From Rhodobacterales bacterium (GTDB taxonomy: Bacteria; Pseudomonadota; Alphaproteobacteria; Rhodobacterales; Rhodobacteraceae), in assembly GCA_041737515.1 (NCBI GenBank), contig JBGSRQ010000315.1, positions 1 to 59,004 of the forward strand: DNA of 59,004 bases, given 5' to 3'. Position 1 is the first letter of the stretch; every line of letters starts with the position of its first letter. A program made the translations under genes and the position numbers. Positions 1 through 11,520 of this stretch are shown in pieces. The notes under the pieces are model-generated. The model saw nothing but the letters and a program-made list of their open reading frames with translations, was not told where the DNA came from and did not search any database.

Positions 1-1352
1 ACGGCATAATCGACGCTGATCAGGCTGCCGCAGCGTTGCGCGAAATCGTGCCCCGGGTGCGTCGCCCGGTTCCGCAACTGGCCCCGCATCTGACCGATCG
101 GGTGACGCTGGCCGAGCCATTGACGCGTCGCCACGAGCTGACGCTGGACGCCAGCCTGCAAGCCCGGATCGAGGCTTTGGCGCGAGAGGTCGTAGTAGGC
201 AAGGGTGATCGTTTGCAGGTGGCGATTGTAGTGGCCGATCACCGCGCGGGCGAGATCCTCGCCTCGGTCGGATCAGCCGCCTATCAAGCGGATCGCAGGC
301 TTGGGTTCATTGATATGACCACGGCGCTGCGCAGCCCCGGATCAACGCTGAAGCCGCTGGTGTATGGGTTGGCGTTTGATGAGGGGCTGGCCCATCCCGA
401 AACTCTCATGGAAGACGTCCCGACAACATTCGGCACCTACGCGCCGCAGAATTTCGACAAGCATTTTCGGGGCACGATCCGGGTGCGCGAAGCGTTGCAG
501 CAATCGCTGAACATTCCCGTGGTTGTGCTGACCGATGCCATGGGCCCCGCCAAACTGCTGACCGGGATGCACCGCGCCGGGATGCGGGCTGAATTTCCGG
601 GCGGCAAACCGGGGCTGGCGCTGGCACTTGGCGGCGTGGGTGTGACGCTGCTGGATATGGTGCAGCTCTATGCGGCAATCGCTCGTGGTGGTGTGGCCCT
701 GCCGTTGCGCCATTCCGGCGAAACCGCCGAAGGCCAGCGAGTGATGTCATCGGTTGCCGCCTGGGAGGTGGGTGACATTCTGTCGGGTCTTGCTCCGCCC
801 CCGGGTTCACCGCCCAACCGTCTGGCCTACAAGACCGGCACCAGTTACGGGAACCGCGATACCTGGGCGATCGGGTATGACGGGCGTCATGTGATCGGCA
901 TCTGGATGGGTCGCGCGGATGGCACGCCGGTTCCGGGAGCGTTCGGAGCGGCACTCGCGGCCCCTGTGCTGTTTCAGGCGTTCGGGCGGTTGTCGGGAGA
1001 TCTGGTTCCACAACCCCCTGCCCCTCCGGCGACGCTTCTGGTGTCTAATGCGCAACTTCCGGCCCCCCTGCGAAAATTCCGGTCGCGCAACGCCGCATTT
1101 GCACAAGCGCCGGATGCGCCCGCGGTGGCATTTCCCCCGGATGGTGCGGAGGTGGAGTTGCTGAGCGGTGCGTTGATGGTGCGGGTGAAGGGTGGTGTTG
1201 CACCCTTTACATGGCTTGCTGACGGCGTTCCTGTGGCGATCGGATTAAGCAGTGCCGAAACAGTTCTAACCCTGCCCGGAACCGGTTTTGTGACGCTTTC
1301 GGTCATAGATGCCGCAGGACGCTCTGCCCGCAGCGGGGTGCGCTTGCGATGA
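1..1352 (+). CDS. pbpC: penicillin-binding protein 1C, C-terminal part (5' end lies upstream of the window)
   Basis: Reading frame is open from base 3. Product carries transpeptidase motifs GSTLKP (SxxK) and KTGTS, followed by a beta-rich C-terminal tail as in PBP1C. Confidence 0.8.
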   Translation, partial: GIIDADQAAAALREIVPRVRRPVPQLAPHLTDRVTLAEPLTRRHELTLDASLQARIEALAREVVVGKGDRLQVAIVVADHRAGEILASVGSAAYQADRRLGFIDMTTALRSPGSTLKPLVYGLAFDEGLAHPETLMEDVPTTFGTYAPQNFDKHFRGTIRVREALQQSLNIPVVVLTDAMGPAKLLTGMHRAGMRAEFPGGKPGLALALGGVGVTLLDMVQLYAAIARGGVALPLRHSGETAEGQRVMSSVAAWEVGDILSGLAPPPGSPPNRLAYKTGTSYGNRDTWAIGYDGRHVIGIWMGRADGTPVPGAFGAALAAPVLFQAFGRLSGDLVPQPPAPPATLLVSNAQLPAPLRKFRSRNAAFAQAPDAPAVAFPPDGAEVELLSGALMVRVKGGVAPFTWLADGVPVAIGLSSAETVLTLPGTGFVTLSVIDAAGRSARSGVRLR

Positions 1353-1411
1353 GTTCTGGCGGTTCGTGTGGCGATGGCAGAGTGAGTATTTTTGCAAAGA
1401 TGAAGCCCGCG

Positions 1412-2587
1412 TCAGAGTCGTTCTATCGCGAGTGCGATGCCCTGACCGCCGCCGATGCACATCGTGATCAGGGCGCGGCGGCCCCCGGTACGGTCAAGCT
1501 CATACATCGCCTTGATGGCGAGGATTGCCCCCGTGGCCCCAACGGGATGCCCCAGCGCAATCGCTCCACCGTTCGGATTGACTCGAGCAGGATCGAAGTT
1601 CAGCTCCTTTGAGATGGCCAGCGCCTGCGATGCAAACGCCTCATTCGATTCGATCACCTCGAAATCGACAGCGGTCAGGCCAGTTCGGACGAGCAGGGCC
1701 TGAACAGCCGGGATCGGACCGATGCCCATGACTTGCGGGCGCACCCCGGCATGGGCATAGCCCAAGATGCGGAACCGGGGTTTCAGACCAGCCGCTTGTG
1801 CAGCATCAGCACGCGCCAGAACCAGCGCCGCAGCCCCATCGTTGATGCCGGAGGCGTTGCCCGCAGTGACCGTCCCATCTTTCTGAAAGACAGGACGCAG
1901 TCCCGCCAGAGCCTCCAGGGTGCTGGATTTGGGGTGTTCGTCCACTTCGAAATGCACGGCACCCTTGCGCGTTGTTACCTCGACCGGTGTGATCTGGCTG
2001 CGAAACCGGCCTTCCGACAAGGCCCGCGCCGCCCGGATCTGGCTTTGCAGGGCAAAGTAATCCTGATCTGCGCGGCTGATCCCGTGTTCCGCCGCCACGT
2101 TCTCGGCAGTGACGCCCATGTGGCCGGTGCCAAACGGGCAGGTCAGCGCGCCTGTCATCATGTCGACCGCTTTCGTATCGCCCATCTTCTGGCCAAAACG
2201 CGCGGCGGGCAGGGTATGGGGCGAGCGGCTCATGCATTCCGCGCCACCCGCCAAGGCAAAATCGGCATCCCCCAGCATCAGTGCCTGCGCCGCAGACACG
2301 ATTGCCTGCACGCCCGACCCGCAAAGCCGGTTCACGTTCATGGCGGGCACTGTCTCGGGCACACCCGCCTTCATCGCTGAGACGCGTGCCAGATACATGT
2401 CACGCGGCTCTGTGTTGATGACATGCCCAAAAACCGTGTGGCCGATCCGGTCCGGCGAGACGCCCGACCGCTCCAGCGATGCTTTTGCCACAATCGCGGC
2501 CAGATCAATCGGTGGAACCGCCGACAGTGACCCGCCAAAGGAGCCGATCGCCGTGCGCGCTCCGGAAAGTATGACGATATCGGTCAT
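1412..2587 (-). CDS. acetyl-CoA C-acetyltransferase (thiolase II)
   Basis: 391 aa. Thiolase signatures NRLCGSG (acyl-enzyme Cys), GNASGINDGAAA and C-terminal CIGGGQG. Confidence 0.93.
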   Translation of the reverse strand: MTDIVILSGARTAIGSFGGSLSAVPPIDLAAIVAKASLERSGVSPDRIGHTVFGHVINTEPRDMYLARVSAMKAGVPETVPAMNVNRLCGSGVQAIVSAAQALMLGDADFALAGGAECMSRSPHTLPAARFGQKMGDTKAVDMMTGALTCPFGTGHMGVTAENVAAEHGISRADQDYFALQSQIRAARALSEGRFRSQITPVEVTTRKGAVHFEVDEHPKSSTLEALAGLRPVFQKDGTVTAGNASGINDGAAALVLARADAAQAAGLKPRFRILGYAHAGVRPQVMGIGPIPAVQALLVRTGLTAVDFEVIESNEAFASQALAISKELNFDPARVNPNGGAIALGHPVGATGAILAIKAMYELDRTGGRRALITMCIGGGQGIALAIERL

Positions 2588-2642
2588 TCAGTGATCCTTT
2601 GCGCTCTGCTGGGATTCAGGATGGCTTCAGCCCCGCTCGTAA

Positions 2643-3392
2643 TCAAGAGGTGCGAGGATGGACGGAACGCAACGGAATGCGGCCCTGATCGGTCAGATGA
2701 TAGATCTGATCGCCGTCGATCAACACCGTGCTCAGCGGCCCACCATAGGCCGCACCCGAATCTATGTTCAGCCGATTTCCATAGTGGGTCGGCGCGTCGA
2801 TGGCGGTGTGACCATGCACGATCAGTGCGCCATGATCGCGCATGTCGCTCAGAAACGGTTCACGGATCCAGACAAGATCGGTTTCCACCTGATCCTCAAG
2901 TCGGACGCCGGGGCGAATTCCGGCATGCACGAACACCGCGCTGCCGCGACGATACATGGTCGGCAGCGCGTTGACATAGTCGCGATGCATTTGCGGAACA
3001 GCGGCGATGGCATCATTGTAAACATCGCGCAAAGGGCGGTCCGCTGCCGAGCGCACACCATAGGATTTGAGCGTGGCTGCACCCCCGAGCCGCGGGTTCA
3101 GCCAGCTGAGATCGGGCCGCAGACCGATGTCATGCGCGGCGATATCGGTCAGGTACAGCGCGAACATCCGGTCGTGATTGCCCTTCAATACCACCCAACT
3201 TTCGCCCGCCATCTGCCCCTGCATCAGATGGTCGACCACGCCACGGCTGTCGGGGCCGCGATCCACAAGGTCGCCGACATGCACAATCGGGCCGTTCACA
3301 TGGTATTGTGAACGATCCTTCGCAATGCGCAGATGTGCGGCCATCAAAAGGTCAAGATGGCCATGAATATCACCGATGGCATAGGTCTGCAT
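2643..3392 (-). CDS. metallophosphoesterase / serine-threonine protein phosphatase 1-like
   Basis: 249 aa. Calcineurin-like motifs GDIHGH, GDLVDRGPDS, GNHD and a VHGH box. Confidence 0.85.
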   Translation of the reverse strand: MQTYAIGDIHGHLDLLMAAHLRIAKDRSQYHVNGPIVHVGDLVDRGPDSRGVVDHLMQGQMAGESWVVLKGNHDRMFALYLTDIAAHDIGLRPDLSWLNPRLGGAATLKSYGVRSAADRPLRDVYNDAIAAVPQMHRDYVNALPTMYRRGSAVFVHAGIRPGVRLEDQVETDLVWIREPFLSDMRDHGALIVHGHTAIDAPTHYGNRLNIDSGAAYGGPLSTVLIDGDQIYHLTDQGRIPLRSVHPRTS

Positions 3393-3474
3393 GGTTCAGG
3401 CCCTCATGAATCGCGAGCCGGCCGGGTTGATGTGCCCCAAGCGCTTCATCGTTTTCTGCGCCTGATCCCGAATG

Positions 3475-5070
3475 CTACGCAACGTCAAACTCCAGCGGTT
3501 TGACCTGCTGAAACATTCCGGTCGATTCCAGCGTTTCCACGACCTTCGGATCAATCTTCTGATCAAGATACAAAATCGCAATTGCCTCTTTTGCTGCCCC
3601 CGCACGGCCAAGGGTAAAGTTAGCGATGTTGACGCCGTTCTTGCCCATCGTCATTCCCAAAAGACCGATTATCCCGGGAACATCGTCGTTTGTCGTGTAA
3701 AGCATGTGTTGACCGATTTCGGCATCAATGTTGATACCCTTGATCTGTATGAAGCGCGGTTTTCCGTCCGAGAAACAAGTGCCCGCAATGGATCGCTCAC
3801 GTTGTTCCGTAACAACAGTCAGTTTGATGAAAGCATCAAATACCCCGGTCTTTTCCTGCCGCGTGGTCGATATCTGGATGCCGCGTTCCTTGGCGACAAT
3901 CGGGGCAGAAACCATATTCACATCAGGATTGGTCGCCTTCATGATGCCTGCGATGGTCGCGCAATTCAGCGCGGCCAGATTCATGTTCGCAACCGTGCCG
4001 TCATACAGCACGTTGATCGCGGTGATAGGTTCGTCGGTCATCTGGCCGACAAACGCGCCAAGATGCCCGGCCAGTTTAAGCCACGGCCCCATGATCGCTG
4101 CTTCTTCCGCCGTGACCGAAGGCATGTTCAGAGCATTCTGGACAGCGCCGGTCAACAAATAGTCCGACATCTGTTCCGCGACCTGCAAAGCTACGTTTTC
4201 CTGCGCTTCAGTCGTCGCAGCGCCCAGATGCGGGGTCACAACAACGCCGGGCAGGTTGAACAGCGGGCTTTCCTTCGCCGGTTCGACCGTGAATACGTCA
4301 AAGGCCGCACCCGCAACATGACCGGAAGTGATCGCTGCTGCCAGCGCCGCTTCATCGACCAGCCCTCCGCGCGCGCAATTGATGATCCTGACACCCGGCT
4401 TGCACAGGGCGATGTTTTCAGCCCCCAGGATGTTCCTGGTCTTTTCAGTCAGCGGAACATGTAGAGTGATGAAATCGGCACGCGCCAAAAGGTCTTCCAG
4501 TTCAACCTTCGTCACGCCCAGCTGCAGCGCGCGTTCCTCCGAGAGGAACGGGTCGTAGGCGACAACTTTCATATGCAAACCGAGCGCTCGTTCACAAACA
4601 ATACCGCCGATGTTTCCGGCACCAATGACACCAAGAGTCTTGTTGAACAACTCGACCCCCATGAAACGTGATTTTTCCCATTTTCCGCTGTGCGTGGACG
4701 CATTCGCTTCGGGAATCTGCCGCGCAACAGCAAACATCATGGCAATGGCGTGTTCTGCCGTAGTGATCGAGTTGCCGAAGGGTGTATTCATCACGATCAC
4801 GCCCTTTTTGGAAGCGGCCGCAATGTCTACATTATCGACACCGATTCCAGCGCGCCCGACAACCTTGAGGTTCGTCGCGGCTTCAAGCAATTTCGCAGTA
4901 ACTTTGCTTGCTGAACGGATCGCGAGCCCGTCATACTTGTTGATCACCGCAGCAAGGGCGTCCTTGTCTTTGCCAAGTTGCGGCAGATAGTCCACCTCAA
5001 TCCCGCGATCACGAAAGATCTGGACTGCGGTTTCGGAAAGTTCGTCGGAAACAAGTACACGGGGGGCCAT
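3475..5070 (-). CDS. serA: D-3-phosphoglycerate dehydrogenase
   Basis: Long-form SerA with NAD-binding GVIGAGNIGG and a C-terminal ACT-type region. Start placed at ATG 5070 (MAPRVLVSD), which has GGAG 6 nt upstream. The ORF-track start at 5082 has no RBS. Confidence 0.92.
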   Translation of the reverse strand: MAPRVLVSDELSETAVQIFRDRGIEVDYLPQLGKDKDALAAVINKYDGLAIRSASKVTAKLLEAATNLKVVGRAGIGVDNVDIAAASKKGVIVMNTPFGNSITTAEHAIAMMFAVARQIPEANASTHSGKWEKSRFMGVELFNKTLGVIGAGNIGGIVCERALGLHMKVVAYDPFLSEERALQLGVTKVELEDLLARADFITLHVPLTEKTRNILGAENIALCKPGVRIINCARGGLVDEAALAAAITSGHVAGAAFDVFTVEPAKESPLFNLPGVVVTPHLGAATTEAQENVALQVAEQMSDYLLTGAVQNALNMPSVTAEEAAIMGPWLKLAGHLGAFVGQMTDEPITAINVLYDGTVANMNLAALNCATIAGIMKATNPDVNMVSAPIVAKERGIQISTTRQEKTGVFDAFIKLTVVTEQRERSIAGTCFSDGKPRFIQIKGINIDAEIGQHMLYTTNDDVPGIIGLLGMTMGKNGVNIANFTLGRAGAAKEAIAILYLDQKIDPKVVETLESTGMFQQVKPLEFDVA

Positions 5071-5115
5071 GGGAGACTCCATTTATGAATGAGTATTCGG
5101 TTTGAATGGAATGCT

Positions 5116-6273
5116 TCAGGTCGCAGACTGAAGATTCGCGATTTCGGCGTGAAATGCCCAGTCGATCCAGGGCATCAGGGCCTGAACATCGCTGATTTCC
5201 ACGGTAGAGCCGCACCAGATACGCAATCCCGGAGGAGCATCGCGATAGGCCCCGACGTCAAGAGCAACGCCTTGGGCCTCCAACCGTTTGGCGACGGATC
5301 TGGCAAAACCCGCTCCATCCTTGATGCGCGGATCGTGGAACGTCAGGCACACGCTGGTCGTCGATGCCGTCGCGGGATCAACCGCCAGATTGCGCAGCCA
5401 GGTCGTGCCAGCAGCAAAATCCAGCACGGCCTTCGCATTCGACGTCGCCCGCTTGATCAACGCGGAAAGACCGCCGACAGATTTCGCCCAATTCAGGGCT
5501 ACCAGATAATCTTCGACCGCAAGCATCGACGGCGTGTTGATCGTTTCGCCCTGAAAGATCCCCTCGATCAGCTTACCCTTTGATGTCAGGCGGAAAATCT
5601 TGGGCAAGGGCCAGGATGGGACATGGGTTTCAAGCCTTTCCACAGCGCGGGGCGAAAGGATCAGGACGCCATGCGCCCCTTCGCCGCCCAGAACTTTTTG
5701 CCAGCTGAATGTCACCACATCCAGCTTTTCCCACGGCAAATCCATCGCAAACGCCGCAGACGTCGCATCACACAATGTCAGACCGCCGCGATCAGCCGGA
5801 ATCGCGTCACCATTGGGCAACCGAACGCCCGAAGTGGTTCCATTCCAGGTGAAAAGTACGTCCTTGTCGAAATCGACCTGCGCAAGATCCACAATGTCAC
5901 CGTATGCTACCTGCCGAACGGTCGCATCAAGTTTCAACTGCTTGACAGCATCCGTCACCCAGCCTTCGCCAAAGGATTCCCACGCCAGCGCCTCAACCGG
6001 GCGGGCACCCAGAAGCGACCACATCGCCATTTCATACGCACCGGTGTCGGAAGCGGGAACGATGCCGATGCGGTAATCGGAAGGCACACAAAGAACTTCG
6101 CGTGTAAGATCAATCGCCTGTTTCAGCTTGTTTTTCCCGACAGATGCGCGATGCGAGCGGCCCAAAGGCGCGTCAAAAAGAAGATCGAGCGAATAACCGG
6201 GGATCTTGGCACAAGGGCCAGAAGAAAAGCGCGGATTTGCCGGCCGCGCGGCCGGGGTCTTGAGATCAGACAT
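5116..6273 (-). CDS. serC: phosphoserine aminotransferase
   Basis: N-terminus [23 protein letters not shown] is typical of alpha-type SerC. ATG at 6273 is preceded by GGAAGGA. The 54-codon upstream extension in the ORF track is Arg/Trp-rich and judged non-coding. Confidence 0.9.
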   Translation of the reverse strand: MSDLKTPAARPANPRFSSGPCAKIPGYSLDLLFDAPLGRSHRASVGKNKLKQAIDLTREVLCVPSDYRIGIVPASDTGAYEMAMWSLLGARPVEALAWESFGEGWVTDAVKQLKLDATVRQVAYGDIVDLAQVDFDKDVLFTWNGTTSGVRLPNGDAIPADRGGLTLCDATSAAFAMDLPWEKLDVVTFSWQKVLGGEGAHGVLILSPRAVERLETHVPSWPLPKIFRLTSKGKLIEGIFQGETINTPSMLAVEDYLVALNWAKSVGGLSALIKRATSNAKAVLDFAAGTTWLRNLAVDPATASTTSVCLTFHDPRIKDGAGFARSVAKRLEAQGVALDVGAYRDAPPGLRIWCGSTVEISDVQALMPWIDWAFHAEIANLQSAT

Positions 6274-6419
6274 GGTATCCTTCCAGATAAATGCCCACCG
6301 TTGGGGGTGGGTGTCCCACTTGCGGCAATACGTCCAAGCCAGGTCTGGCACAAGCAGAAATTTTGCCCTAGAGCGGCGCTTGAGGGCGCGAAACCGACGC
6401 CACGCAGGAAAGTCTGGAC

Positions 6420-7292
6420 ATGTTTGTTGCATCATTGATCACCGATCCCGCCCGCCCGACGCTGGACCGTGCCACGGTTGAGGCCCTGCGTGATGCATGG
6501 AGCGGCAGTGATGCGATCTGGCTGAAGCCTGGCGTCGCGGCCGAGTTTGTGCTACCCGCCGTGCCGGAAAATCGCTGGGATGTCTGGCGGGGCTTGCAGG
6601 ATTTGCGCGTTGATCTGGTTCTACAGTGCGCCAAAGGGCGTCGCCGAAAAATTCTGCTGGCCGATATGGACAGCACCATGATCGGGCAGGAATGTATCGA
6701 CGAACTGGCCGACGCGGCCGGGGTTGGCGCGCATGTGGCAGGTATTACGGCGCGCGCCATGAATGGTGATCTGGATTTTGAGACGGCTTTGAAAGAGCGG
6801 GTCGCATTGCTGCAAGGACTGGACGCGAACGTTATTGAACAAGTGTTCACAAACCGCATCACGATGACGCCGGGTGGTTCGGTTCTGATAGCAACGATGA
6901 AGGCAAACGGCGGTTACGCGGCTTTGGTTTCGGGAGGTTTCACAGAATTTACCACGCGTGTGGCACAGATGCTGGGCTTTGACGAGAACCGCGCGAATAA
7001 ACTGGACATTAAAGACGGCGTGCTGACCGGCACCGTGGCCGACCCCATTCTGGGGCGCGACGCAAAGGTTCGGGCTTTGGATGAAATCGCTGCAAAGCAA
7101 GGTCTTACGGCTCAGGATGTGATCGCCGTTGGCGACGGCGCGAATGATCTGGGCATGCTTGGGCGGGCGGGGACCGGCGTTGCACTGCATGCCAAGCCCT
7201 CCGTCGCAGTGCAATGCGATGTTCGGATCAACTTTGGCGATCTGACGACGCTATTGTATCTGCAGGGCTATGGTGAGGCAGAGTTTGCGTGA
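6420..7292 (+). CDS. serB: phosphoserine phosphatase
   Basis: HAD motif I DMDSTMI, motif [12 protein letters not shown]. Divergent from serC-serA. Confidence 0.9.
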   Translation: MFVASLITDPARPTLDRATVEALRDAWSGSDAIWLKPGVAAEFVLPAVPENRWDVWRGLQDLRVDLVLQCAKGRRRKILLADMDSTMIGQECIDELADAAGVGAHVAGITARAMNGDLDFETALKERVALLQGLDANVIEQVFTNRITMTPGGSVLIATMKANGGYAALVSGGFTEFTTRVAQMLGFDENRANKLDIKDGVLTGTVADPILGRDAKVRALDEIAAKQGLTAQDVIAVGDGANDLGMLGRAGTGVALHAKPSVAVQCDVRINFGDLTTLLYLQGYGEAEFA

Positions 7293-7380
7293 CCGCAAGC
7301 GCGCAGGTTTGTTCGAGCTGTGACGGCTTTACATTGGTCCACCGCGGGTCGATCAAAGCGCAGCAGACCGAAAAGCACAG

Positions 7381-8139
7381 ATGTTTGAAGTTTCTCTTTC
7401 CCTCGCCCTGATCCTGATCGCCTCGGCGTATGTTGCCGGGTTTGTCGACAGCATCGCCGGGGGCGGCGGTCTGATCACGCTGCCGATGCTGCTGTTTTGT
7501 GGCGCGACCCCGGTGCAGGCATTGTCGACCAACAAGGTGCAGGGCACGTTCGGGGCCGCAACAGCGGCAATTTCGTATGCAATGGCGGGGCAGGTGCAGC
7601 CACGGCGGCAGATCGGTGCTGCAATGCTTGCTTTTGCGGCGGGGTGTTGTGGCGCGCTGATCGCGTCGCATGTGCCGACCGCATGGTTTCGGATGGCGCT
7701 GCCCGTCATTCTGATCGGAATTGCCGCATTTTTTGCGTTGAAACCGGGATTGACCGATTCGGATCGTACGCAGCGGATCACACCTGCCGCGTTCACCGCC
7801 TTTGTGGTGCCCATGATCGGGCTCTATGACGGGATTATCGGGCCAGGTGCGGGCGCGTTCTACATGATCGGCTTTGTGCTTCTGGCCGGATACGGCGTGC
7901 TGAAAGCGACGGCACATACGAAGTTTCTGAATTTCGCGTCCAACCTTGGCGGGTTGGTGGTGTTTGCAGCGCAGGGCGCGCCGTGGTGGGCAATCGGTCT
8001 GGCAATGGGTCTGGCGCAGGTTGCGGGCGCGCGGCTTGGGTCGCGGATGGCGATGCAGATCGGTTCACGGGTCATCAAGCCGCTGCTTGTTGTTACCTCG
8101 ACCCTGCTGGCGCTGCGGCTTTTGTGGCAGATGCTTTAG
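7381..8139 (+). CDS. TauE/SafE family sulfite/anion exporter (membrane protein)
   Basis: 252 aa, about 8 hydrophobic helices. Family-typical GxGGG motif (IAGGGGLITLP) and second-half GPGAGAF repeat. Confidence 0.8.
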   Translation: MFEVSLSLALILIASAYVAGFVDSIAGGGGLITLPMLLFCGATPVQALSTNKVQGTFGAATAAISYAMAGQVQPRRQIGAAMLAFAAGCCGALIASHVPTAWFRMALPVILIGIAAFFALKPGLTDSDRTQRITPAAFTAFVVPMIGLYDGIIGPGAGAFYMIGFVLLAGYGVLKATAHTKFLNFASNLGGLVVFAAQGAPWWAIGLAMGLAQVAGARLGSRMAMQIGSRVIKPLLVVTSTLLALRLLWQML

Positions 8140-9209
8140 CTGCCCCAGTCGGCCGATTGCATTTCACGCAGGCGGCTGGCGGTGCGTTCGAATTCGAATG
8201 ATCCGGCACCCTCGATATAAAGCCGCTCTGGCACATCGGCGGCCGAGGCGATCAGACGCACCCGAGCCTCATAAATCGTGTCGATCAGGATCACGAATCG
8301 TTTCGCCTCGTTGTAGTTGCCGGATGAAAGCTGCGGAATATCTTCCAGGATCAGCACCCGCAGCGCCGCCGCAATCGCCAGATAATCCGCCGGCCCCAAG
8401 GGCTTGGCGCACAAGTCCCAGAACGTCGCGCGGCCCACACCATTGGCAAATTGCGGCACGGTCACATCGCGCCCGTTCACCCGCAACGTCAATTGCACCG
8501 CCACCGCCCCATCCGTCAGGTCGCGCCAGATCGCCGAAATCTGCGGCCCGGCCTTTCCGGCCGGGTGGAAATAGACCTGCGCGCCTTCCAGCCGGTGCTG
8601 ACGGTAATCGGTCGGGCCATCCAGTGCTATCACTCTCATCCTGTCGCGCAGGAGGTCGATGAACGGCAGGAACAGCGCACGGTTCAGCCCGTCCTTGTAC
8701 AAATCCTCGGGCGGACGGTTCGAGGTCGCAACAATCACAACATCTGCGGCAAACAGCTTTTCAAACAGCCGCCCCACAATCATTGCATCGGTGATGTCGG
8801 TGATCTGCATTTCGTCAAATGCCAGCAATCGCAGGCCCCGCGCCACATCATCGGCCACTGGCGCCAGCGCATCATCAACACCCATCTTGCGGGCGGCATG
8901 CATGCCGCGGTGCAAATCCTGCATGAAGGCGTGAAAATGCACCCGTCGTTTGCCGACAATATCCAGATTGGCCACGAACAGATCCATCAGCATGGATTTG
9001 CCGCGCCCCACCCCTCCCCACAGGTAGATACCCTTGGGTGGCGCAGGCGGCCTGGCGAAAAGACCGCTCAAAAGGCCAGTCTTCCGGTCAGGGTGGTTCT
9101 CCAGCCAGAGCCGGAGCTCTTCCAGTTGGCGCACGAGATCGGCCTGCGCCGCATCGGGCTTCAGGCTGCCATTGGCGATACGGGTGTCATAATCCTGAAC
9201 AAGCGTCAT
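8136..9209 (-). CDS. zapE: AFG1-like ATPase / cell division protein ZapE
   Basis: 357 aa. Walker A GGVGRGKS, Walker B LLAFDEMQ, overall AFG1/ZapE layout. Confidence 0.88.
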   Translation of the reverse strand: MTLVQDYDTRIANGSLKPDAAQADLVRQLEELRLWLENHPDRKTGLLSGLFARPPAPPKGIYLWGGVGRGKSMLMDLFVANLDIVGKRRVHFHAFMQDLHRGMHAARKMGVDDALAPVADDVARGLRLLAFDEMQITDITDAMIVGRLFEKLFAADVVIVATSNRPPEDLYKDGLNRALFLPFIDLLRDRMRVIALDGPTDYRQHRLEGAQVYFHPAGKAGPQISAIWRDLTDGAVAVQLTLRVNGRDVTVPQFANGVGRATFWDLCAKPLGPADYLAIAAALRVLILEDIPQLSSGNYNEAKRFVILIDTIYEARVRLIASAADVPERLYIEGAGSFEFERTASRLREMQSADWGS

Positions 9210-9257
9210 GACAGGGGTTTAGCCTGCCCGTGATGCGCTGGAAAGTCAGGAAAGAAG

Positions 9258-9333
9258 TGGTGAGCCCGTCGGGATCCGAACCCGAGACCTACTGATTAAA
9301 AGTCAGTTGCTCTACCAACTGAGCTACAGGCCC
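9258..9333 (-). tRNA. tRNA-Lys (anticodon UUU)
   Basis: Reverse complement reads GGGCCTGTAGCTCAGTTGGTAGAGCAACTGACTTTTAATCAGTAGGTCTCGGGTTCGGATCCCGACGGGCTCACCA. It has a 7-bp acceptor stem, anticodon loop CT-TTT-AA, a T-loop GGTTCGGATCC and an encoded CCA. Confidence 0.95.
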
Positions 9334-9439
9334 ACAACAGGGGGTTTCCTAGGAACTTCGCAGCAGGGGGTCAAGGGCGAAAACGCATAAACACCGGACG
9401 GGCTGGCAAAAAGGCAGAAGGGGGCGTATATCGCGGCGC

Positions 9440-10270
9440 ATGATGGATAGGCACGCCAACACCCGCTTCATGAAGATGCACGGGCTGGGCAATGATTTCG
9501 TGGTGATCGACTCGCGCGGGCGAGATCGCGTGACCACACCTGCCTTGGCTCAGGCATTGGGCGACCGGCACCGCGGCGTGGGGTTCGACCAACTGGCCGA
9601 GATTCGCGACACCGATGGCGCCGATTTCGCGCTGGAGTTCTGGAACAACGACGGCAGCCGGGCCGGTGCTTGCGGCAATGCAACGCGCTGTGTGGCGGGG
9701 TTCATGATGGCGAGGTTGGGGCGCGATGAGGTGTCACTGACCACGCCTCGCGGGCTTTTGCGGGCGGTGCGGGTCGATGGGATGGTTTCCGTGAACATGG
9801 GCCATCCGCAGCAGAAATGGCACGAGATTCCGCTTGTATCGGACGTGGACGTTTTGCATCTGCCGCTGCCTGGCGACCCCGTCGCCGTAGGTATGGGCAA
9901 CCCGCATTGCGTGTTTTTCGTTCCCGATGCCGATAGTGTGGACGTGCCAAGCCTTGGCGCACGGTTCGAGAATGACCCGCTGTTTCCCCAGCGCACCAAT
10001 GTCGAATTCGTAAGCCTGATCGCGCCGGATCATCTGCGAATGCGGGTGTGGGAACGCGGTGCGGGCATCACTTTGGCCTGCGGATCGGGTGTCTGTGCAG
10101 CGGCTGTGGCAGCACATATGCGCGGGCTGACCGGTCGTTCGGTGCGGATTGATGTGGACGGCGGCACGCTTTCGGTGGATTGGCGCGCGGATGGAGTCTG
10201 GATGACCGGCCCGACTGCGCATGTATTCGACGGAGTTCTGACAGCCGAGTTTCTGGCGGCACATCCGTGA
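9440..10270 (+). CDS. dapF: diaminopimelate epimerase
   Basis: [16 protein letters not shown]-terminus and two catalytic Cys regions (GNATRC, LACGSG). Confidence 0.93.
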   Translation: MMDRHANTRFMKMHGLGNDFVVIDSRGRDRVTTPALAQALGDRHRGVGFDQLAEIRDTDGADFALEFWNNDGSRAGACGNATRCVAGFMMARLGRDEVSLTTPRGLLRAVRVDGMVSVNMGHPQQKWHEIPLVSDVDVLHLPLPGDPVAVGMGNPHCVFFVPDADSVDVPSLGARFENDPLFPQRTNVEFVSLIAPDHLRMRVWERGAGITLACGSGVCAAAVAAHMRGLTGRSVRIDVDGGTLSVDWRADGVWMTGPTAHVFDGVLTAEFLAAHP

Positions 10271-11520
10271 ACGCACCAATCTTCGCCACTCATGGCTGCC
10301 GCCTGAATGCCTATGAAACCGAGGCGATGAAAGAACTTGCCGCAGCCGCCGGTTTGCGGGACGCGGTGATTGTGAACACTTGTGCGGTTACTGCCGAAGC
10401 AGTGCGCAAAGCCAAGCAGGAAATTCGCCGGATGTCGCGTGATCATCCCGGCATACCGATCATCGTCACGGGTTGTGCCGCACAAACCGAGCCGGAAACT
10501 TTCGCCGCAATGCCCGAAGTGGCGCGGGTGATCGGCAACACTGAAAAGATGCAGGCGGCCACATGGCAGGGCCTGCGCGCACCCGATCTGATTGGCCAAA
10601 CGGAACGGGTGCAGGTTGATGACATCATGTCGGTGCGCGAAACGGCCGGGCATCTGATCGACGGTTTCGGGCGGCACCGCGCCTATGTTCAGGTGCAGAA
10701 TGGCTGCGATCACCGCTGCACGTTCTGCATCATTCCCTATGGCCGCGGAAACTCGCGTTCGGTGCCGGCGGGCGTTGTGGTCGAACAGATCAAGCGTCTG
10801 GTAAACAATGGTTTTCTTGAGGTTGTTCTGACCGGCGTTGATCTGACGTCTTGGGGGGCAGACCTGCCTGCGACGCCGCGACTGGGTGATCTGGTGATGC
10901 GGATTCTGCGGCTGGTGCCGGACCTGGCCCGCCTTCGGATCAGTTCCATTGACAGCATCGAGGTTGACCCTGCCCTGATGCAGGCCATCGCCACCGAACC
11001 GCGCCTGATGCCACATCTGCATCTTTCGTTGCAGGCGGGCGATGACATGGTTCTCAAACGCATGAAACGCCGCCATCTGCGCGACGATGCAATCCGGTTT
11101 TGCGAGGAAGCCCGGCGCCTGCGGCCCGATATCGTGTTCGGGGCAGACATCATCGCGGGCTTTCCGACGGAAACCGAACAGATGTTCACAAATTCGCTGT
11201 CAATTGTGCAAGATTGCGGTTTGACCTTCCTGCATGTGTTTCCCTATTCGCCGCGAAAGGGCACGCCAGCAGCACGGATGCCGCAGGTTCGGGGGCCGGA
11301 TATCAAGGATCGGGCGGCACGGTTGCGTTCGGCAGGAGTTGCAGCCCTGGGACGCCACCTTTCGGCGCAGGTCGGCAAAGTGCACTGCATTCTGACCGAA
11401 GGCCCGCACATGGGCCGCACCGAAGGCTTTGCGGAGGTGACGTTTGCACACCCGCAACCGGAAGGTCAGATCGTTGAAGCCCGGATCAGCGGAGTGTCGG
11501 GTGGCCGTCTTACAGCCTGA
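10267..11520 (+). CDS. mtaB: tRNA (N6-threonylcarbamoyladenosine) methylthiotransferase MtaB (radical SAM)
   Basis: N-terminal MTTase domain ([10 protein letters not shown]), radical-SAM CDHRCTFC, C-terminal TRAM-like region. GTG start overlaps the dapF stop (GTGA). The ORF-track 5' extension lies inside dapF. Confidence 0.88.
   Translation: MNAPIFATHGCRLNAYETEAMKELAAAAGLRDAVIVNTCAVTAEAVRKAKQEIRRMSRDHPGIPIIVTGCAAQTEPETFAAMPEVARVIGNTEKMQAATWQGLRAPDLIGQTERVQVDDIMSVRETAGHLIDGFGRHRAYVQVQNGCDHRCTFCIIPYGRGNSRSVPAGVVVEQIKRLVNNGFLEVVLTGVDLTSWGADLPATPRLGDLVMRILRLVPDLARLRISSIDSIEVDPALMQAIATEPRLMPHLHLSLQAGDDMVLKRMKRRHLRDDAIRFCEEARRLRPDIVFGADIIAGFPTETEQMFTNSLSIVQDCGLTFLHVFPYSPRKGTPAARMPQVRGPDIKDRAARLRSAGVAALGRHLSAQVGKVHCILTEGPHMGRTEGFAEVTFAHPQPEGQIVEARISGVSGGRLTA

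Noticed and set aside
6274-6435. 5' extensions of ORF-track entries (serC to 6435, enoyl-CoA hydratase to 23077, mutM to 23864, fliI to 39946, motE-like to 53302, SBP from 26223, DppF-like from 30599, flgH from 43105, fliQ from 40851, mtaB from 10180)
   Set aside because: In each case an internal start gives the canonical family N-terminus. Each internal start also has an RBS or a stop/start overlap with the upstream gene. The extensions are Arg/Trp/Cys-rich or overlap the preceding gene.
9258-9333. Possible genomic island integrated at tRNA-Lys or tRNA-Arg
   Set aside because: No integrase, transposase or phage genes are present, and I could not spot a duplicated tRNA 3'-end direct repeat nearby. 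Flanking genes are core housekeeping functions with native-looking composition.
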